DNA of 64,000 nucleotides from an uncultured Pseudomonadales bacterium (GTDB lineage Bacteria; Patescibacteriota; Microgenomatia; UBA1400; PJMF01): NCBI GenBank assembly GCA_964620965.1, contig CAZUHV010000003.1, positions 12,777 to 76,776 of the forward strand, read 5' to 3'. Shown piece by piece: positions 57,755 to 64,000 of this stretch (position 1 is its first letter; each line of letters starts with the position of its first letter). The notes under the pieces were generated by a model. It saw only the letters and a program-made list of their open reading frames with translations, ran no database searches and was not told where the DNA came from. The position numbers and the translations under genes were made by a program.

Positions 57755-60700
57755 GTGAGCGAACTAAAATCAAAAGGACTAGCAAGAAATTATCTTCAAA
57801 TAAAAAAACTTGATTCTAGTGTAAACATAAACACATACTATCAAGAAATAAAATACTTCCTTTTTGGTACAAGTGATTCTACTCCTATAGATATCAATAA
57901 CCTTCCAAAAGGAGGTATTAATGAATTCTTTACAAATGGATCTTTTATACCTACAGAAACCTCTTCTGTCAGACTAACTGTATCTGGTGAATCTGCAGCT
58001 TTGTATAAAATTCCAAACCTTAAAAATGCTGAGTTTGTTAGGACTTTAAATCCAACAGCTGACCCCTCAACCAAAAGAAACCCTGCCGAATATTTTTTTC
58101 CTAGCGATTTTGTTGCAATTTTAGTTGAACTTGCTCAAATATTTTATAAAAGTGGTTACAATGTTACAGGTCTAAAAGACTATGCTTTCACAAATCCTCA
58201 AGAATTTATTAAAAATTGGGGAAACCCTAATTCTGATGAATTTTTAAGAGCCGCCAGTGATGAAAAAGGCATCCCATTCTTTTATGAACTTTCATTTGAC
58301 AGCCACAAATCAGACCTTCAAAACTTACTAAACCAAGTTAATGAAGCGGCTCAACAGTTTGAAAACAAAAAAGAAAAACCAGATCTTTCGGAATTTTTAG
58401 TACAAACTGAAGTTGAAAACCTTATATTAAAAGACTTTTCAAAACAAGCATTTACTCTCTTTATAGAAAAAACTCCAGAATACTTAAAAAAAACAGCTGA
58501 ATATGAAGAAAAAATAAAGCCAATTCTTGAGGCAGATGAAAACAAGATTAAAAACTCTGTTGAAGAAATTCAAGAAAAAAGTGAAGAGAAAATCGAAAAA
58601 CTAGTTTCACAAACAAAATCTGACTTTTTTAGAGATTTGTTTGGAAAACAAGAAACCTTAGATAAGTTCAGAGATCTTGGAAATTTTGATCCAGATTCAA
58701 AATATTTTCTTTTTGAAACACGGACACAACCTCTTCAAGTAGGTATAAAAGAAACAGAAATTTACAAGGATTTTATAAAAGTTTCTCTTGAAACATTCTT
58801 AGAAAAGAATCATGAAGAACTTCTAAAAGAATTTATACTTCCACTATTTAAAACAGAAGAAACTGAACCTGAACCTTCTCCGGAAACTAAAGATGAAGGT
58901 GGTGAAGCAATAGTCGAGGAAATTAAATTTGATAGTCCAATCGATGAAGAGACTTTCAAGAAAAAAATTTTAGAAGACGTCACAAAAGCCCTTATCAAAA
59001 AATTTGATGAAGAATTTTGTCCTCAATACAAACAGAACTTCTTAGAAAAAAAAGACAAACTTGCTGGAAACTACCTGGAAGAAGTTACTAAAGAGCTCCA
59101 TAAACAAGTTCAAGAAAAAGTTGTTGGGAATCTTGAAATTGGCGAAGAGGATTTACAAAAACTCACCGAAAATCCAGAAAAGATTTTATATTCTGAAGGA
59201 AACTTTAATCCTGAAATTTTAGAATCAGAATGGTACCAAGAATTAATACAACAAAGCATTGATTATATAGAAGGGCTTCCTTCTCCTGATTCATCATATT
59301 CAAGCTACTTTTCATATTTGTTTGAAACTCATATTCAACCTTTCCTAACAGAAATTGAACAAAAAGAAAAACCAGAAGAACCTCCACAACCTACCCAAGC
59401 AGAACCAGAAGATTTTACTAGTGGCGTTATTCCTCCTGTAATTCCAGTCTCTACTGATACTTCTCCAACCAAGACCATAGAAACTCAGTCAGAACAAATA
59501 AACACCCTCACTCAAGAACAAATTAAAACCTTACAATACGAATCTGCATGGATGTATAACCGTGCTGTGTACGAGCTGTACACCTCAAAAGGTGTAAAAA
59601 TCGAAGATATTCCTCAAGATGAACTTAATAACTTACAATCTAGCATTTTTTCATACCTTTCAGGAATGCAGTCAACTGAAGGAAGCGACTTTAATAAACT
59701 TTTTGGTAGTGCTTCAGCTCGTCAAAAAGCACTCATGGAGTTTTATACAAAAAACTCTACATTTATCACACAAATTAACGGTGGACTTATTTCTAAGTTT
59801 ATTGACGCCGAAGCATTACTTTCTGTTGGAATCAAAGATTCTATAAAACTTGATAGTAAAGTTCTTACAGATAATATAAAAAACACTGTTGATAGCTTAA
59901 TTGTCCAATATGGACTCAATCAAGATTTTTATGCAATAGATACAACATCAGATCCAAATAACATAAAAGTTCAAAAATTTTCTGGAGATAATCCCCACGA
60001 TATTATTTGGTTTTTAGATTCTATTCCTCCAGAAAGATTAGCTCTTATTTTTAATATCCCTCCAGGTGTATTAAAAAATGAAGACATAATAAAACAACTG
60101 AGAGAAGTTTTAAAATCATACGCCAGATATAGAGGAAGTGAACTTTCTCTTCATATACAAAATACAACCTTACAAAAAGGTTTAACCGTAATTAGTGCCG
60201 AAGACGCAGAAAAAATAAAAAATGGTGATGAAAAAACAATTACCAAGCATTTAAGTTTTACAAATGATATTAGAAGTATGACTAAAGCCAATGGAGGCGA
60301 AGTCGTTGTTGGAGCGTTGGATCATAAATCTGGTGAAACAGACCCTAAAAGATCTGGTCATAAAAAAGAAATTCAAAAACAATTTAAAACGTTTCTCCCT
60401 TTATGGGGACAACTTACAGGACTTGAACAAGCAGAAGTTTATAAAAATTTTGGTCTTGCGATTCCTGCTGAATATTTAACTAATGGAAAACCAGATAAAA
60501 AAAAGCTTGAAGTAGCTCAATTAGAGTTTATTCAAGAATTTATATTCTTTGATGTAAGTAAACTTGGCAATATTAAACAAATAATTAAAAGAAAAAATGC
60601 AGATGAAGCATTGCAATTAAAACTCCTAGAAATTGCTGAAATACAAAATCAGCTTGTAAGAGAAAGAGAGTTAGCAAAACTTTTAAATGCTGAATTCTAT

Positions 60701-62200
60701 ATCTACTCTGACCCATCAGAACTTCAAGAGATAGGAGAATATGTAGGCGTTGACACCAATGAACTGTCTTTTAGAGAAAAATATTATGCAGATGATGAAA
60801 TTCAAAGCGGTGGTTCAGATGAATATGAAGTTCAAGAAGTTGGACCTGGTCGAAGAGGACTTGTTCCAAGATTTCTAGATACAAGTGCAGGAAAAAGACT
60901 AAAAGAAAGATTCGGAAGAAGATTTAAAAAGAAATATAGCGCTCAAAAAAAAGCTGAAAAAGCATTTGCTAAAGCCGCAGGGGCTGCACTTACAAAAGTT
61001 GCTGCTGCTTCACTAAACGCTATACCAGGTGTTGGAACTGCACTTAGTGCTGCACTATTAGCCATAAAAAATAAAAAAGTTAGAGAGTTTGTTTCAGGTT
61101 TAGTTGCTTTAACACTTGGTGCAATTATCGGAAGAACTATCTGGGCTCTAGGAAGTATTGGAGGAGCAATAGGAGGGCTCATTGGTGGAGCTGTTGGATT
61201 TGTTGTTTCTGGTGGAGCAATGGTTGTTCCGGGAGTAGTTATTGGAGCAAATATAGGAGAAGCCATTATTCCAACAAGAATTGTTGGATCAAGTAGCCCT
61301 ATTTTTGGTAACACAAATAATAATCAAGGCTACTCTGCAGAAGCTACCAGAATTACCCAAACTGCAGCCACACAAAACATACTTGTGTCATACGGAGGAG
61401 TCGCAATTATTGCTGCCGGAGGATTTGCTCTAACTTCAGTTTTTATTACTATCTTTACTATCTTCACCATCTACAGTGCATTTCTTATTCCAATTCCTAT
61501 TGATCGACCAACCGTTGGTATTGGAGACGGTGGACCTCCAATTGGAGGAATCGGAGCTGACAGTTGTGATGACCCTACTCCACTTTCAGATAAAATCACA
61601 AAGAATACTACTTCTCCTATTGCTGGGCGAGCTTATGATATTGTAAATAAATTATTACCCGGTTTTTGGTGTTACTGGAACTGGAACCCAGACTATGACG
61701 GACTGAATGATACCTTTACTGGACCTGCTTCAGAAAGCCCAGATTTATTTAACGAAGTCGAGTTTGATAGATACCCATATCACTGTGTGTACAGCAACAG
61801 TTTTCCTGCTGGTTGTGAAGGTGACTACAGAGCTATGAATGGAAACGCACTGTATTGGTGTACTTGGTTAGTAAATCACTCATATCAAAATAACTATAGC
61901 CTCGCTGCAAGAATCATGGCGGATCAGTTTAGAACTCTACCTGGTCACATTTTTATGCCTGTTGAATCGATAAAATACACAGATCTTCAACCAGGAGATG
62001 TCATTTTTACTTCTACAGAAGGCAGAAACGGAAATATTGGGCACGTTGCAGTCCTTCATGATGTTGGCCCAGACTATATTAGAAGTATTGACTCTAATGC
62101 ATCTGCCAGATACCACAGTTTCACTGTTAATACAGATGGCTCTATTCAAGCAGACTCAATCCCATATTTAGGAGTTGTTGGTTTTGGAAGAAGATTATAA
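57755..62200 (+). CDS. Giant membrane protein (1481 aa) with C-terminal CHAP-domain peptidoglycan hydrolase; T4SS-associated cell-wall hydrolase analogous to VirB1/PrgK/TraG
   Basis: The N-terminal region of about 1080 aa has no recognised family. It is followed by Gly-rich TM segments (...GAIIGRTIWALGSIGGAIGGLIGGAVGFVVSGG... and ...VFITIFTIFTIYSAFLIPIPI). The C-terminal CHAP-like domain has Cys in NALYWCTWLVNHS and His in GNIGHVAVLHD. Confidence 0.65.
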   Translation: MSELKSKGLARNYLQIKKLDSSVNINTYYQEIKYFLFGTSDSTPIDINNLPKGGINEFFTNGSFIPTETSSVRLTVSGESAALYKIPNLKNAEFVRTLNPTADPSTKRNPAEYFFPSDFVAILVELAQIFYKSGYNVTGLKDYAFTNPQEFIKNWGNPNSDEFLRAASDEKGIPFFYELSFDSHKSDLQNLLNQVNEAAQQFENKKEKPDLSEFLVQTEVENLILKDFSKQAFTLFIEKTPEYLKKTAEYEEKIKPILEADENKIKNSVEEIQEKSEEKIEKLVSQTKSDFFRDLFGKQETLDKFRDLGNFDPDSKYFLFETRTQPLQVGIKETEIYKDFIKVSLETFLEKNHEELLKEFILPLFKTEETEPEPSPETKDEGGEAIVEEIKFDSPIDEETFKKKILEDVTKALIKKFDEEFCPQYKQNFLEKKDKLAGNYLEEVTKELHKQVQEKVVGNLEIGEEDLQKLTENPEKILYSEGNFNPEILESEWYQELIQQSIDYIEGLPSPDSSYSSYFSYLFETHIQPFLTEIEQKEKPEEPPQPTQAEPEDFTSGVIPPVIPVSTDTSPTKTIETQSEQINTLTQEQIKTLQYESAWMYNRAVYELYTSKGVKIEDIPQDELNNLQSSIFSYLSGMQSTEGSDFNKLFGSASARQKALMEFYTKNSTFITQINGGLISKFIDAEALLSVGIKDSIKLDSKVLTDNIKNTVDSLIVQYGLNQDFYAIDTTSDPNNIKVQKFSGDNPHDIIWFLDSIPPERLALIFNIPPGVLKNEDIIKQLREVLKSYARYRGSELSLHIQNTTLQKGLTVISAEDAEKIKNGDEKTITKHLSFTNDIRSMTKANGGEVVVGALDHKSGETDPKRSGHKKEIQKQFKTFLPLWGQLTGLEQAEVYKNFGLAIPAEYLTNGKPDKKKLEVAQLEFIQEFIFFDVSKLGNIKQIIKRKNADEALQLKLLEIAEIQNQLVRERELAKLLNAEFYIYSDPSELQEIGEYVGVDTNELSFREKYYADDEIQSGGSDEYEVQEVGPGRRGLVPRFLDTSAGKRLKERFGRRFKKKYSAQKKAEKAFAKAAGAALTKVAAASLNAIPGVGTALSAALLAIKNKKVREFVSGLVALTLGAIIGRTIWALGSIGGAIGGLIGGAVGFVVSGGAMVVPGVVIGANIGEAIIPTRIVGSSSPIFGNTNNNQGYSAEATRITQTAATQNILVSYGGVAIIAAGGFALTSVFITIFTIFTIYSAFLIPIPIDRPTVGIGDGGPPIGGIGADSCDDPTPLSDKITKNTTSPIAGRAYDIVNKLLPGFWCYWNWNPDYDGLNDTFTGPASESPDLFNEVEFDRYPYHCVYSNSFPAGCEGDYRAMNGNALYWCTWLVNHSYQNNYSLAARIMADQFRTLPGHIFMPVESIKYTDLQPGDVIFTSTEGRNGNIGHVAVLHDVGPDYIRSIDSNASARYHSFTVNTDGSIQADSIPYLGVVGFGRRL

Positions 62201-62217
62201 ATAGTATAGTAACACTA

Positions 62218-62922
62218 ATGAATAAATTGATTGACATATTAGTTAATAAGTTTAAAAACCTTTCTAGAGTTTCAAAAGTAACGTTACTTGTCGTGTTTAT
62301 TCTTGGCTTTTTTGGTTTACTACTGCAAACCCTCTATCCAGATATTCCACCAGGAGTTTATTCTATAACACCAGAAACTCTGTATGGCATTGATGAAAAC
62401 TCAGATTTTGAGATAACGTTTAATAAAGTACTAGACGAATCCACAAAGAAAAAACTTTCTTTAAAAATCACTCCAGAAATTACTTCTGATAATCATTGGA
62501 AAGAAAACAACTATCAATACACAATAAATAATACTGGAAAATTAAAGCTAAACACTACCTATACAATAGCCGTTTTATATAAAGGTAAAGAAATTTACTC
62601 AAAAGAGTATTTAACTTCAAGATACACGCTTGAAGAACAGGCTGAACATGTAAAAGAACAAGGAGAAGCAGATATCAAGTTTAATGAAGCAGTCACAAAC
62701 TTGAGACTACAGTTTTCTTGGTATGATGATATTCCTATAGATACCCCACAATATACAATTGTGTATGACTATGATGAAAAAAAATTCAGAATTAGACTTA
62801 AAATACCTAAAGATTCTAGTCAAGAAACAATACAAACTCTCACAGACAAAGCCCTTAAAGATATGCAAGATGTAAATATTGATACCACAAAATGGGGATA
62901 TTACGTTTTATTTTCAGAATAA
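62218..62922 (+). CDS. Hypothetical bitopic membrane protein (possible VirB8-like component)
   Basis: 234-aa ORF with a single N-terminal TM segment VTLLVVFILGFFGLLLQTL and a soluble domain of about 200 aa. The VirB8 assignment is inferred from position and topology only. Confidence 0.4.
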   Translation: MNKLIDILVNKFKNLSRVSKVTLLVVFILGFFGLLLQTLYPDIPPGVYSITPETLYGIDENSDFEITFNKVLDESTKKKLSLKITPEITSDNHWKENNYQYTINNTGKLKLNTTYTIAVLYKGKEIYSKEYLTSRYTLEEQAEHVKEQGEADIKFNEAVTNLRLQFSWYDDIPIDTPQYTIVYDYDEKKFRIRLKIPKDSSQETIQTLTDKALKDMQDVNIDTTKWGYYVLFSE

Positions 62923-62966
62923 AATAAACTAGCTAGAGATCATTCAAAAATGGTATAGTAGTACAG

Positions 62967-64000
62967 ATGCAAGAACACCCAATCCCGCAAGATATTACCG
63001 GGTATAAGTTTCATATTATCGGAAGCATGACTCTCAAGCAGTTTGGAGAGATTTTTTTGGGTGTTATTCTTGCTGTTATTTTTTATAAAACAAACCTTAT
63101 TGGTGTTATAAAATGGCCGTTAGTTATTCTTAGTTTTGGAATGGGAGTCGCTGCGGCCTTTCTTCCAATCGAAGAAAGGCCATTAGATCACTGGATCATT
63201 ACTTTCTTTAAAGTACTATATAAACCTACAAAGTTTTACTGGAGACGTGAACCTAAAATTCCAGAACCTTTTACTTACAAACCTGAAATTGAAAAAATTG
63301 AAGATAACACTTTAGATTTAACCCCCGCAAAAAGACAAAGAATTCGAGAATATGTTGGGTCTATTCCCGAAGTTTCTGCCACACCACAGGATTTTACTAA
63401 TGATGAGCTATCTAGAATGCAGAATATATTAACTTCATTTACAGAAGTTCAAGTAAAAACTCAAACTATAACTACAACAGAAACCAAGCAAGAAAAACCT
63501 AGAATTGATGTACGTGTCAGAAAAATGAGAAAGCCTGTGGCTCAAGAAGTTGTTATTTTTGGAAACGATACCGTAATTCCACTTCATACAGAAGGAATTT
63601 ATGAAACTCCTCAAAGGAAAACTCTAAACCCCCAAACATTTGATCAAAAAAAATCTATTCTTGCCACAGACCAAGTTGCTACTGACATAGAAATACCAGA
63701 AGAACAAGCTATTAAAGCTGTTTCACAAGAAGAGGTTGAAGAAAAGCTCACAAGTACTCATGAATCTGTGAATGATATGAGTGAAAAATCTTTTATAGAA
63801 GCTGAGTCAACAAATAAAGAAGAAACTATTGCTACAACAGAAGCTTCATATAATACAAATCTTCCGTTTCCTATTAAGCCTACAGAACCAAACAAAGTTG
63901 TTGGAATGGTTTTAAGTCAGAATAATGATTTACTCACAAATGCTATCGTTGAAATCCAAACTACACAAGGAAGTATTGCCCGAGCTGTTAAAACAAATGC
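62967..64000 (+). CDS. PrgI/VirB3-like T4SS protein with a long C-terminal extension, 3'-truncated by the window end
   Basis: N-terminus MQEHPIPQDITGYKFHIIGSMTLKQFGEIFLGVILAVIFYKT...WPLVILSFGMGVAAAFLPIEERPLDHWI matches the PrgI-family pattern (IP.DI..YK.K...G.T.RQ plus two TM segments). The ORF is open to nt 64000. Confidence 0.55.
   Translation, partial: MQEHPIPQDITGYKFHIIGSMTLKQFGEIFLGVILAVIFYKTNLIGVIKWPLVILSFGMGVAAAFLPIEERPLDHWIITFFKVLYKPTKFYWRREPKIPEPFTYKPEIEKIEDNTLDLTPAKRQRIREYVGSIPEVSATPQDFTNDELSRMQNILTSFTEVQVKTQTITTTETKQEKPRIDVRVRKMRKPVAQEVVIFGNDTVIPLHTEGIYETPQRKTLNPQTFDQKKSILATDQVATDIEIPEEQAIKAVSQEEVEEKLTSTHESVNDMSEKSFIEAESTNKEETIATTEASYNTNLPFPIKPTEPNKVVGMVLSQNNDLLTNAIVEIQTTQGSIARAVKTN

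Overview
AT-rich bacterial window with compact, mostly short genes and standard-code ORFs. The gene content resembles a Candidate Phyla Radiation (Patescibacteria) genome or another low-GC monoderm bacterium: LPXTG-like surface proteins, a full mevalonate pathway, and T4SS-pilin-family genes. Everything was read by eye from the ORF translations; no searches were run.

Layout of the window:
- 1-5.2 kb: two large cysteine-rich, repeat-rich surface proteins that share a near-identical C-terminal LPATG-type sorting signal.
- 5.3 kb: one tRNA (anticodon UAU by hand-fold).
- 5.6-8.6 kb: a MacA/MacB/FtsX-like tripartite ABC efflux set.
- 9.1-13.5 kb: a minus-strand operon of lgt, a DUF192 gene, a hypothetical gene and a VirB4/VirD4-type T4SS ATPase.
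- 14-27 kb: housekeeping genes (GH3 NagZ-like, MFS, pth, two GT2 paralogs, alpha/beta hydrolase, ATP-dependent DNA ligase, Fic, NAD(P)HX dehydratase, recF, a MutY-like glycosylase with no cysteine ligands for an Fe-S cluster, SpoIID-like).
- 28-29.6 kb: a secreted protein whose C-terminus is a T4SS-pilin-like domain, plus a stand-alone pilin paralog.
- 29.7-39.5 kb: uppS, tag, and a complete mevalonate pathway operon.
- 39.5-40.6 kb: an ECF sigma factor with two small membrane proteins, divergent from the pilin array.
- 40.7-64 kb: the most interesting region. It is a Gram-positive/CPR-style type IV secretion-like locus. It opens with eight tandem diversified pilin paralogs, one with the codon bias, promoter and terminator expected of a major pilin. 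It then contains a VirB6/TrbL-like polytopic protein, a 1481-aa membrane protein ending in a CHAP peptidoglycan-hydrolase domain, and a PrgI/VirB3-like protein that runs off the window end. Embedded in it are several very large proteins (1173, 1004, 740 and 402 aa) with no family I can recognise.

No CRISPR array, integrase, transposase or relaxase was recognised.
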